Below are positions 24,349 through 36,749 of a DNA stretch of 64,000 bases, piece after piece. Location of the stretch: the NCBI GenBank assembly GCA_964016885.1, contig OZ024743.1, positions 12,338,001 to 12,402,000 of the forward strand, given 5' to 3'. The notes below the pieces were generated by a model, which saw only the letters and a list, made by a program, of their open reading frames with translations, had not been told where the DNA came from and ran no database searches. The position numbers and the translations under genes were made by a program. The first letter of the stretch is position 1, and each line of letters opens with the position of its first letter. The DNA is from Eledone cirrhosa. Its lineage: Eukaryota.

Positions 24349-27286
24349 TCATCATCATCATCATCAGCAACGTTTAACGTCCGTGTTCTACGCTTGCATG
24401 GGTTTGGACGGGGGTAGTCCCACTTGAGGCAAGAGTGATTTTCTTGCTCGCATAGGACTGTCTGGCAGGTTTTCTACAGTTGGATGCCCTTCCTAACACC
24501 AACCACATTTACAGTGTGGGTCTGGGAGGTTTTTACCGTGTTGCCTACACGGCCACATTACAGCGTGGACTGTGTGTTTTTTTGTCGTGATACCTACACG
24601 ATCTCATTTGTTTCGGCCTGGATGGCGCGGCACCAACATAACTTTACATAGAACGGGGTGGTGTGGATGGGGTGGGGGTGGTGGTGGTGGGACGGGGTGT
24701 ATTTTGTTAGAGATGCCTACTGGCAAGGCGGGTCTTCTCTATTACTGAGTACCGCCAAAGGTCTCGGTCCAGTGACATTGTCTTGGTGAGGTGTAAGTGT
24801 GTGAGGTCGGAGTTTATCAGCTCGTCCCAGGTTTTTCTGGGTCTGCCTATTCCGTGGCTACCGTCTATCTTTATTGCCCTGCACTTTGTTATACAGCTAT
24901 CATCCTTCATGCGCATCACGTGACCATACCAACGTAGCCTTCTCTCGAGTAAACAACATCTGATCCTTCTTATTTCTAATTTTTTCCTTAGTTCGTTTAT
25001 GCTTTGTCGTTCACGTATATTACTATTACACATCCAGCGGAGCATGCAAGCTTCGTTTCTCTCTAGTCTGCGTATATCCTCTGCACACAATGCCCAGGTC
25101 TCACTGCCATGCAACATTGCTGTTCGTATGCAGGCATCGTACAGCCTGCCTTTCATTTTTAGGGAGAACCCTTTAGCGGCTAATAGTGGTATAAGCTCTC
25201 TGAACTTTTTCCACCCAGTTCTGACTCTAGCTACTGTACTTTCAGAGCACCCTCCCCCACTGCTGATTTTGTCACCCAGGTAACGGAAGCTATCCACTAT
25301 TTCTATAGAACCCTCTGCGCAGTTGAAAGAGCTAGTATTTTGTGGGCACTTGCTGCTACTTATATCCCCAGAACACCGGCCACATGTAAAATCTATGTTC
25401 TTAGTTAGCTTACCTGTGATCCCACTACATCTTTTATGCACCCAAACTTTGCATTTGGGACACAAAATGGAATTTCTACCTACGCCTTTCCTACACTCTG
25501 CGCATGGCCACTTCCCGGAGGGGACCGCCGCCTTATTTTCTTTCTTACAAACTAGAACTTTAGTCTTAGCTAGGTTAATTTTAAGGCCTTTTGATTCTAG
25601 GCCGTGCTTCCATGTTTGGAATTTCTTCTCTAGCTCGGCCATTGATTCAGCTATGAGCGTTAGATCATCTGCGTATAGGAGTTCCCATGGGCAGCCGGTC
25701 TTGAACTCCACTGTTATAGCCTGAAGGGCAATAATAAATAGTAGGGGGCTAAGAACAGAGCCCTGATGAACACCAACTTTTACACTAAACTCTTCACTAT
25801 ATTCGTTGTTAATTCTAACCTGGCTAACTGTTTCTTTATACATGGCTTGTATAGCTCTCACAAGCCATTCATCAACACCTAGTTTTCTAAGAGCCTACCA
25901 GATAATGGAACGGGGGACTCTGTCGAAGGCCTTCTCCAAGTCGACGAAAGCTAAGTATAGGGGTTTACTTTTAGCTAGGTACTTCTCCTGTAGTTGTCGT
26001 ACAATGAAAAGAGCGTCTGTGGTACTTTTTCCTGACACAAACCCGAACTGCATTTCATCTAGATCAATTCGCTCTCTGATTAGTTGCGCTATAACTTTTT
26101 CCGTGACCTTCATGACCTGGTCGATTAATTTAATGCCTCTATAGTTACTCCTATCTAGGGCATCTCCTTTACCCTTATAACAGTTAACGATAATGCTGCT
26201 GCGCCAGTCCTTCGGAACAACCCCATTCTGTATGACTTGGTTGACTATCCGGGTGACCATGGTGTGTCCCACCGTACCAGATGCCTTCAGCATCTTGGCA
26301 ACTATTTCCGAAGGCCCAGCCGCCTTGCCTGTCTTCATATCTTTGATTGCCTTACTTATTATACTACCCTCGACTAACACTGCTGGTCCCTCTATTGGGT
26401 CGATGTGGGGGAGACTGTCTTTCTCCCATTTATTCTCCTCATTTAGTAGCCTTTCATAGTGACACTTCCAAGCTACCTTCTTATCGGCGTCGGTGATGGC
26501 AAGTATGCCGTCATCGTTAAGTACACACTTCTCCCCGACAATATCACTGTTTTCCTTGACACATTGCCTAGCAATCCTGAACACCTCACGTTTTTGGTCC
26601 TCGCGTTGTAGAACATGCTTGAACTTTCTTTCCTCTGCTTCCCTTCTTGCGAAGTACACTTGTCTCCTAGCTTCCCTCCTGGCCACTTGATAGTCTTCTC
26701 TGCTTCCCCCATCCCGCCATACTTTCCAAGCCTGCTTTTTGGCCTTAATTGACCCCTCCACCTTACTGTTCCACCACCATGTTACTCTCCTCCTGCCTAC
26801 AGGCCTGCTCCAGCCACAGACTTCGTCTGCCACCGTCAGCAGGTTTGCTTTCAGGAATTCCCACTGTTCCTCTACCTTGTACGTCTCTAATTGCTCTTCC
26901 TCACTGTCGAAAGCATCAAGTAATATGCTTTGGAATTTATTTTTGGCTTTGGGGTCCTTTAGCTTCCATATTTTTCTCCTGAGGATAGTCCTCTTCTGTT
27001 GTCTAGTACGTCTCGTCCTGACTATTAGGTCGCTAATTATCAGTCTATGTTGGGAAGTGCATTCTTCATGGGGGAGGGATTTAGTGTTTACGACAGTCAC
27101 TTTGTCACGTCTTCTGGTAAGGATATAATCTACCTGGCTAGTATGTTCCCCTGATCTGTAGGTGATCAAGTGATTGTCTCGTTTTTTGAAGTTAGTGTTG
27201 CAGATAGTTAGGTTATTTGCGTCGCAGAATTCCAGGATTCTGGAGCCTTCCTCATTTCTAGTACCAAACCCATAGCCTCCATGGAT
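24349..27286 (-). mobile_element. RTE LINE subfamily B, about 2.9 kb, truncated within the endonuclease
   Basis: ORFs 27169-25895 and 25861-24707 are in the same frame, separated by one TAG (TGG in other copies); (CAT)n tail at 24349; (TA)n on both flanks. Confidence 0.95.
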
Positions 27287-27613
27287 ATATATATATAGTT
27301 ATGTAATAAACAACATATTTCATTTACCAGTGGTTTCTTGAAAGCAAACAAATTTTGCTTTCAGTCATCAGAATGAAAAAATCCTGGTGTATTATATTTG
27401 TATATATATATATATACAAATATAAATTAACAAGAATCGTATTTCAGCTATTGGAAATTAGCGAAAAACAACTTCCGAGATGTGTGGCAAGTGCTCCATA
27501 GAAGCTAGTGAACTAGAGCTACAACATAAGTTAAAAGGCCAAACACACTGAGATGACGGTTAATATATATATAAATAAATATACACGGGTATGTATGATT
27601 GTGTATAGAAGAT

Positions 27614-28378
27614 TATATTAATAAAAGGAATTCCAACTTTGTCTGATTTACTCGTTTTATTTACAATCCTTTAAAATTATAATGATATTATAATGAAATA
27701 GTATGGTAGAATATTAAATGTTAAGTGTTAATTGAACAAGCACTTGCATGCTTTCGCAATCTTCAGGTTCATATTCAGTGGTGTCAGTCAAGTTTGCAAT
27801 TTTCAACTCTAATGAGATGGGTAAATTCTGTGCCTTATATACAGTAAAAAGGGGCTCCAGAATGCTAAGTTTTGCAAACTGTATTTCGACCAATCGGCGT
27901 GTAGTTTCACTAGATTACTAAAGCTGATTGGTTTAGGCGTCACGGTTGGTTGAGCATGTCTAATGACTTCTATTTGACCCTATCCAAAGCATCAATTGCT
28001 ATTTTTAGAAATGATGAAAATAGAAGTCTTTAGACATGCTCAACCAACTGTGATGCCTAAACCAATCAGCTTTAGTAATCTAGTGAAACTACACACCGAT
28101 TGGTCGAAATACAGTTTGCAAAACTTAGCATTCTGGAGCCCCTTTTACTGTATATAAGGCACAGAATTTACCCATCTCATTAGAGTTGAAAATTGCAAAC
28201 TTGACTGACACCACTGAATATGAACCTGAAGATTGCGAAAGCATGCAAGTGCTTGTTCAATTAACACTTAACATTTAATATTCTACCATACTATTTCATT
28301 ATAATATCATTATAATTTTAAAGGATTGTAAATAAAACGAGTAAATCAGACAAAGTTGGAATTCCTTTTATTAATATA
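27614..28378. repeat. Fold-back inverted repeat, about 361-bp arms and 42-bp spacer (Penelope pLTR-like)
   Basis: Arms 27614-27975 and 28018-28378 differ at about 5 positions; each carries a hammerhead motif. Confidence 0.9.
28221..28259 (+). ncRNA. Minimal type I hammerhead motif (mirror copy at 27733-27771 on the minus strand)
   Basis: TGAAC-CTGAAGA-ttgc-GAAA-GCAtgcaagTGC-TT-GTTCA. Confidence 0.72.
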
Positions 28379-28437
28379 TATATATATAGCTCAAGGAAAG
28401 CATCTTATTAATTTCACGCTTTATATAGGATATATCG

Positions 28438-28932
28438 TCATCATCATCATCATTTTACATCCACTTTTCCCTGCTTTCAAGGGTGGGACGGGAATTGATT
28501 CTGGCTTGATTTCTACAGCTGGATGCCCTTCCTAACACCAACCTCATTTACAGTGAGTACTGGGTGCTTTTTTTCCTGTGGCACCTCCATGACCACTTTG
28601 CAGTGGAATGATATGGACCCCAGTCCCTATCATCTCATTTCTACAGCTGAGTAAACTGGAGCAATGTGAAATAAAGTGTCTTGCTCAAGGAATCAACACA
28701 TCACCCGGTCTGAGAATTGAATATGTGGCCGTGTAGGTAACACGGTAAAAATCTCCCAGACCCACACTGTAAACGTGGTTGGTGTTAGGAAGGGCATCCA
28801 GCCATAGAAAACCCGTCAGACAGTCCTATACGAGCAAGACAACAAATCTTGCCTCAAGTGGGAAAACTCCCGTCCAAACCCATGCAAGCGTGGAAGATGG
28901 ACGATGATGATGATGATGATGATGATGATGAT
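28438..28932. mobile_element. Minus-strand SINE (28438-28722) fused head-to-head to a plus-strand RTE-B 3' UTR (28723-28932)
   Basis: (CAT)n at the left end, (ATG)n at the right end, junction GAGAATTGAA|TATGTGGCC. Confidence 0.8.
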
Positions 28933-30225
28933 ATATATAACAGTGGTGGTTCTGGCTCATCAATGTTACTCAGGCTTACAAAATTTAGTAAACATACAAT
29001 TTAGTGTACCACATTACATAAAGCATTGGATATATTGAATATCTTAGCCACATTACCTGCCCTATATTTTAGTGACCTCCCACTGCCATATATTTTTTTA
29101 GGAATTTTATTATTGCATACACCTTTTTTTTTATGTTTTCATTACTGTATACTTTTGATCTGTATTTGTAATTAAGTGAAACATTAACCTCAGAAATGTT
29201 TTAACCTTTATTTAATATTGATTATGAAAAATATCAATGAGGATATTGTCATAGATTTTCTATAGGAACTGAATGACATTTCAACTTCTAAGAATTGTAT
29301 ACAAAAAAATATATATATATTTTCATCAAAATAATCATAATCTACACTTTTGAAAATGTATCTCTGCAAAATATGCATTATGAAGCAAACTTAGGTGGAA
29401 GACATTAGTTTTTTTTGTTTTGTTTTGTTTTTTTTCCAATAGAAAATATAATTTTATTTATAATAATGTCAACTATATTTTACAAACTTTTACACGACTT
29501 TATTGTGTTGTATCAGATGAAATAATGGTATTTAACTAATGTATTGGGACCCACCCACAGCCCCAGCGGACAGAATGGAGAAGGCGTTAGTTATGTCACC
29601 TATAGTTTATTTACATTTAACAACCAAACATATGGTCAGTTTTAACTATAACTATTTAGTGTGGCAGAGGGCTAATACAAAAGACAAGATTTTCAATGTA
29701 TTTCTGGGAGAAAAGATGACATTAGATAATGTAGTCATAGATATTTTATATCTGAAGAAAGAATAGACGAGATGGCCAAGACTGGAATTTTTTTATCATA
29801 GATCTACTCAATCAGGGCTGACTTGGGTGAAAACAACAACCATCCTACAGATTCTAGAACTGATATTTCAGATATACGTTCTCCTATGTATTGAATGATT
29901 TGCTCCACATACAATGTTAACCTTCTTTCATTTTTAAAACACATAAAATATTTATTTTGTTTGAATTTCCTCTTGTGACGGCTATTTTGTTTTATCCATT
30001 CTTTCACAATAGCTCCTTTGAAAGTTATACAATTCAGAGAATAAAGAAACTTCCAATCAGCACCATTCTCATTGTTTTCTTGAATATTTTTGTGGATTCC
30101 TTATTCATTCCAATGAGTTATGGCATTGGATAAATCCTTATTTTAGCAACTAAGCATGTCGAGTAGTTACAGATGTTTAGAACTAAAATATTATTTGGTT
30201 CTGAAATAAATAAACAGTTACTTAC

Positions 30226-30374
30226 TTGTCTAATGAAGTACTCAGTCTATACAAATAACAAGAGACATCTTCTGCTGTTGTGACAACAAACTTGTTGCAG
30301 ATATCTGCACACAGCAGTGGTTGACAATGTTTAGTGAAATTGTTCTTGCAGTGGCCATTGTTACAAGAGAACAT
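30226..30374 (-). CDS. TEP1: TEP1-like exon J (MFSCNNGHCKNNFTKHCQPLLCADICNKFVVTTAEDVSCYLYRLSTSLD), degenerate WD40
   Basis: ctaaag acceptor, gtaagt donor, 149 nt, phase 0-2; bridges exons I and K in frame. Confidence 0.85.
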
Positions 30375-30413
30375 CTTTAGAAGACAGAAAGCAAAGTATA
30401 CAAGAATTTAAAA

Positions 30414-30498
<85 letters not shown>

Positions 30499-31187
30499 AA
30501 TAAAAGCAAAGAAAAAAGAAATAAACATAAAGCATTAAAGTCCTTCAGATATTTTTTACACTACTACCATCATTTTTTCCCAAGAAAATGTGTCTAATTA
30601 TGCTTTTGTTTTTTCCACTTGATGGCTTAATTGACTATCACTTCAATGTCTACTCTGAAATCTCAAAGACTACAGAAAAGAAAGGAGGGGTCTCACCAAA
30701 TGTACCCATACTTGTTTGCTTTCATTTGCTCTAATATGATCTAATTTATAGGAGAAAATCAACTTTAATTTGTTATTACCTCTACAGATAATAAGAATTT
30801 AGACAAACTAAATTAACAAACTTTTAGAAATTTGTTAATTTTTGTCATTAGTGTTATACATCTGGTTTTTCAAATAACACTGAATTATATTATGGATTTA
30901 TGAATAAAACATTGTGTTAACAATGCTCACAATAAAAACAAATTCTTCAGGTAACTCACTCAAAACTCTTCAAAGCTTCCAAATAATTAAATGAAAGTCC
31001 AATTAAGAGAAAATTAAGATGCTGTGCTTTGTGACTATATTAAATTAACAAGATTTACTGCAGAATTTTCACTCTAATATCTAAATTTAAATATCTAAAT
31101 TCAATTTGTAGCTGAATTACATGGAGAGTAAAATTCAGTATCCACACATCTTCATTATAAGCAAAACACACACACACACACACTCAA

Positions 31188-31240
<53 letters not shown>

Positions 31241-33258
31241 TTGGAGGTAAAGAAAAGTTTAGTGGATTACACAGTTTCCAATACTTGATTGGTAACAATT
31301 TTATCAACATTGGAAGGCAAAGTCTACTTCAGTAGGATTTGAAATCAGAATGTAAAAGTACAAAAAAAAAACAATACATTTTGTCCAACACTCTACCAAT
31401 CTTGCACTGCCAAACCACACCTTTTCATTAGTATACTGTACATATATATCATCATTTAACATGTTTCTTTGCTAGCAAGAGTTGGACAGGTCAGCACAGA
31501 CCAAGTCAATCAGAGCTACTGACTTCTCAGATGAGCCAGAGGACACATTTTGCTTATATATTTTCATGTATTTTCAGAGTGTACTAGGTGTTTTTTTTAT
31601 AGTGGCACCAGCACTAGGGCTGATCTCTTGTTTTTGACACAGCTGAAACAATCTCTTTACTCTTAGTTTGGCAAGTTTTTTTTCAGTTGAATGTCCAACC
31701 CACTGCCATACAATTTACAGCATGTACTGGGTGCATCAATGGAAAAGCAATCTCAATCGTATGAGGGTTGGGGCAATGATATGGCCATGTCAGATGTGTT
31801 TTGGAAAATAATGGGAGAATAGGATAGGGAAATGCGATGAGGAAGGTAAGAAGTATGATATCAATGGTGACAATAGGTGGGGGAGGGGTAGAATATCAAA
31901 GGTGATTTCTTGTTGGATATATATATAGCAGTAATAACTCTTTAGTTTTGCTGAGTACAAAGCCAACTCACTAGTGTTAATGCCATAATTAAATGCAACC
32001 CAGTACTCTCAGTAAAGTGGGTGACAAAACAAATGAGTAGAGACAATATAGTGGAAAGAAGACTGTTGAGCATTGCCAAGGATATGACAATATCTCTGGT
32101 GTTGGTGTCATGTTAAAATGCATCCAGCACACTATTTTCATGTTAGACTTACTATATTGCTTGGTTTAACAATACTACCTGGCCCTTTGATGCAATAAAA
32201 GCAGAGAAATGTTATTTTATCTCAAATATGTATCCCAAAATAGAAAATCATTTTAGATTAAGCTATCTTGCAAAGAGAAATTCACTACCCAATGTATTTT
32301 CTACAGGAACTGCAGTAATCTAAATATGCCTAATAATATTAAAACCCATAAATGTTGACCTATCCAGTTGGGTAGAAAACTTACACTTTTGACATTCTAA
32401 AGTTATCATCATCCAACATCTTCTGCAGTTTCATTATACTGTACTATAACTCAGAGAAATAATTTTAAAAATAGCTTCAGAGTTCTTCTTTATAACTGCT
32501 TCTATGACTTCCTTTATACCTGGTATAATAATATCCTTTCCAATTGTATATGGAATTCAATTCCATTTCTGTTTTATGGACAAGAATATATTGCAAGAGG
32601 CCTTAATTTTCCCTTTATGCTTAACTGCAACTTTCATACTTTTGGGGTCAATAAAAATAGATCAGTTCAAAGAATTTTTAGAGCATTGGATAAAATACTT
32701 TACAGTATCTGTTCTAGTTCTTTAGAGTCTAACTGCAATGCTTATAATGACACTGGAGCAAAGCTGTGACAGCATTTGAATAGAGTCAGTGGCATGAATG
32801 GGAAAAGCATGCAAGCTTAGGTAAATACTGGTCTACAGAGAGAAAACGTGTTGCCCAGGCTTGCATTTTGTAGATGAAGTTTTTAGTTACAGATCAATAG
32901 GTTCACAAGAGATATGGAGGAACTGGAAGAAAAAGAGAGAGAGAGAGAGTGTGTGTGTGTGTTTGTGTGTGCGCGTGTATGCGTGTGTGTACAAACACAA
33001 TGGCTAAATAGATAAGGTATTAGTCTAAACTATCAGCCAATTGATCATAAGCTCAAATCCCACTGCAGACAACTTATTGTGTGTATCAACTATTTCAATT
33101 AGAAAATAATAGATAGATTTGCTTTAAAAAAAGTAATTTTTTCATGTAAATTATAATAATTTATTCATCATTTTATGTCTGCTTTTCCATACTTGTATAG
33201 GTTTTAAAACAACAACAATAATAATTTTGTTTTTAAATCAGAAAGAAATATATCCTAC

Positions 33259-33365
33259 CTTTGCAGTAGTATCAGCAGATCCGGTCAGTATGTACTTCTC
33301 ATCAGGAGAATAACGTATGGAACATATGCTTTTTGTGTGCATCTGATATTCATGCAATTTCTCAC
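33259..33365 (-). CDS. TEP1: TEP1-like exon I (GEKLHEYQMHTKSICSIRYSPDEKYILTGSADTTAK), WD40
   Basis: tacaag acceptor, AAG|gtagga donor, 107 nt, phase 1-0. Confidence 0.9.
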
Positions 33366-34114
33366 CTTGTATAATAGGTAATAGTAAGAAAAATAAGAAT
33401 AACAACAATGGTAACAACTGCTACAATGATAGCAACAACAAGAATTTCTAACATGGTCACAAAAGCAAAACGTGTGTCAAGAACAGTCACATACATCAAT
33501 CCTAGTATTTGACTGCTTCTTTATTTAGATGGAAGCATGAAAGGTAGGGTTGACAGTGGCAGGATTTGAATTTAGCATAAAAATAAAACAGGGACAAATA
33601 TCACAGGGCATTTTGTCTGATGCTCTAAGGAATTTTTCAGTGCTTCAGCCTAACAAACAACAACAGCAGTGAGGATGTCAACAACAACAGAAAAGAGGTG
33701 GCATTGACATACACCACAAAGAAAGGTTTCAAGGGAACTATACTCTGTGGTGTGCCAAGTGACATAAACAAGGAAATGCACTATACACCTCACTAGGATC
33801 ACCAAAATTCTCAATAAGCATTCTATTAAGACAAAATTGTTATTGATGCCTCTACAACCCAATGGCCTATGAGATTACTGATTGTTTTTCTTCATTGTTT
33901 GTCCCAGGGCAGCCCTCTATAAACAGAAAGAGGTGATAGAATTATGGCCGGATATGGTCGGTTTAAATGCTAAAGGGTTAAAGATAGTTTTTAAATATAT
34001 GCAAGGGATTGAAAGAAGAAAGAAAATAAATATTTATTTTAATAATAAAGATTGAAAAAAAAAAGGATGCATGTACAATGTGAGTTTGTAACAATTATAT
34101 TTAAAAAGCCTTAC

Positions 34115-34262
34115 CATTTGTGATATGGAATATTCTGACTTTGCCACTGTGGTAACCAACAGCAACAGTTGACACTGATGGTGAAATTGACACACAGGTT
34201 GCAGCATCACCTTCTCTTCCCTTTAGTTTGTGGATTAACTTCCCAAGATAACTTGACCATAC
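34115..34262 (-). CDS. TEP1: TEP1-like exon H (VWSSYLGKLIHKLKGREGDAATCVSISPSVSTVAVGYHSGKVRIFHITN), WD40
   Basis: cataag acceptor, G|gtaagg donor, 148 nt, phase 0-1. Confidence 0.9.
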
Positions 34263-35172
34263 CTTATGGAAATTTGTAGAAAGATATATTTATATTATTG
34301 GAAATCTTTTAGGTGATTTTATGAAATATGCACATAAATGTTTAATGATGATAAAGATGTATTCCCCCACCACACCCATTACCCACCTCTGCCTTCCACA
34401 CCCTTAGTATAACTCCCCTGTATAACCTATGCAAGCAAGGAAAGACAGACACACTCCACGCCAGCTCTCTCATTGTGCTTCAGCCATGACCAAAATCACC
34501 CATTCCACTCTGTATACAGCTGTATGGTAATAATATTGGTGCTACAAAAATGAAAGCACATAGTCTACCCTGTAAGGTGGTCATGCTGGTGCCTCAACAA
34601 AAAAATGCACCCAGTCCATGCAGTAGTGTGGTTGACATTAAGAAGGGCATCCAGCCATAGAAACCAAGCCAAACACAAATCTATATGAGTAAGACAGAGT
34701 CACTCAACTATAATGTGACACCCATACAAACATGGAAAATATATGCTAAACAGTGATGATGATGATGACAATGGTAACTGGTAAGTCTCTGAATTGCTGG
34801 AGTGTCAGATGTAATACCTTATAGTATTTTTTCTAGCACTTTATGATCTGAGCTTAAATTCTACCAACAACTTTGACTTTTATCCTCTCAGGGTCAATAA
34901 TATAAATTACTATTCCAGGATGTTGGATTATCAGAATTGTTAGAGTATCAGATGGGATGGCAGAGCATCTCATCAGAGATTCTAACACTTCTGCTAATCC
35001 ACTATCAAGGACAGTTACTTTATTTAATCACCCCTGAATAGATGAAAAGCAATGTTGACCTCAGCATAGTTGTCAACTCAGAGCACAGAGAGCTAGAACA
35101 AATGCTTCAGGATATTCTGTTTCCTGCTCTAATGACTATGCCAATTCACTGCTAACACTTGATATATGTTAA

Positions 35173-35379
35173 CCCTTTAGCGTTTAAACTGGCCATATCC
35201 AGCCAGAATTCTCTCTCCCCTTTCTGTTGAAACCAACTATAACTGGCTGCTCATCCAACATTAAGGTATTGTTTTCAAAATAAATGATATCAAAATCTCA
35301 TAGATTTGATATTATGTGAGATAAAGCCTTTACTGTGAAAATACAATAGTTAATATAAAGTAATGTAAATGCGAAAGGG
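35173..35379. mobile_element. piggyBac-like MITE
   Basis: TTAA|CCCTTT...AAAGGG|TTAA; second copy at 58296-58515, partial copy near 33945-33980. Confidence 0.8.
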
Positions 35380-35392
35380 TTAAATAACTTAC

Positions 35393-35491
35393 TTTCACTT
35401 TGCCATCTTCACTGACAGTTACCATTGCTCTTCCATTTGAAGTATACGCAATAGCATTAACTGGACCAATGTGTCCCATAACACTTCCAAC
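35393..35491 (-). CDS. TEP1: TEP1-like exon G (VGSVMGHIGPVNAIAYTSNGRAMVTVSEDGKVK), WD40
   Basis: tttctag acceptor, gtaagt donor, 99 nt, phase 0-0. Confidence 0.92.
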
Positions 35492-36400
35492 CTAGAAATA
35501 GAAACAATAATTAGTTTGGGAAATTTTGAAAACTATAATCTAGTTATCCCCATTACATACCTATAGTGTCCAAAACATTAGGACTCTTTTCCTAACATAT
35601 CAAGAATTAAACTAATATATTTTTTCAATGTACTGTATTGTTTGCTTTTACTTTTCACATACATATATATATATGTAGCAGTAATTTGATATTCTCCTCA
35701 ATAGAGTCTCTTTCACACTATCAAGCAGCAGCCAAGAAGCTTGTGGTGTCACAGATATGTTTCCATTGTCAATGGCTTTTGAGTCACCAATATGTCTGAG
35801 ATTTTGATGTATCAAATGCCATCTTTTTATTCTCAAGTCCCAGAAACAAAGGAAGCAATACTCATAAATAGCCTGCTCCTAGAGTCAATTCCAGCAGTTG
35901 CAGAATTCATATTGACAAGTCAAAATCTAGTGGCCAACTTATACACTGACCCTTTTGGGTCTCTCTCTCTTTGTGTGTCAGGTCAGCAGAAGTTTGGTAA
36001 ATACATTTTTAATAATAGTATTGCAAACAAACATGCATAGTATGCATATTCTTAAAGTACACTTTTGTTAAAAAAATAAATCAGCATGCCATTTTCAGAT
36101 GAACTTTTACTAGAAAATACTTGTGAGCATGTTAAAAAATATTAGAATTTAAAAAACTCTTGCACAAGGTAGATTCTTTAACATAGATTAACTAATATAG
36201 AATTGCATATACAATATACGTGTGTATGTAATAAAAAATATAGTGTGCAATTTAACAGTTTATAAAATATATTCTTCTTCAAATTATTTAATGGATCAAC
36301 TTTATTGCTTGTTCATCACTTATTTGTCAGTTTAATCTGTTCATAAAATTCATAAAATACATAAATAGAATAAATTAAAATTTGCGAGTTATATTTATTA

Positions 36401-36749
36401 ATCATCATCATCATCATTTCATTTTACGTCCGCTTTTTCCCTGCTTGCAAGGGTGGGACGGGAACTGATTCTGGCTTGATTTCTACAGCTGGATGCCCTT
36501 CCTAACACCAACCTCATTTACAGTGAGTGCTGGGTGCTTTTTTGCCATGGCACCTCTACGACCACTTTGCAGTGGAATGATATGGACCCCAGTCCCTATC
36601 ATCTCATTTCTACAGCTGAGTAAACTGGAGCAATGTGAAATAAAGTGTCTTGCTCAAGGAAACAACACATCACCCAGTCTGAGAATTGAACTCACAACCT
36701 TTCGATTGCAAGGCCAATGCTCTAACCACTAAGCCATGTATGTGCCTCC
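36401..36749 (-). mobile_element. tRNA-derived SINE with RTE subfamily C tail, inside the hAT relic
   Basis: Same family as 23499-23828. Confidence 0.85.

Noticed and set aside
28941-30200. Possible hAT relic (CAGTGG terminus, basic peptide fragments)
   Set aside because: Too decayed to recover diagnostic transposase motifs by eye
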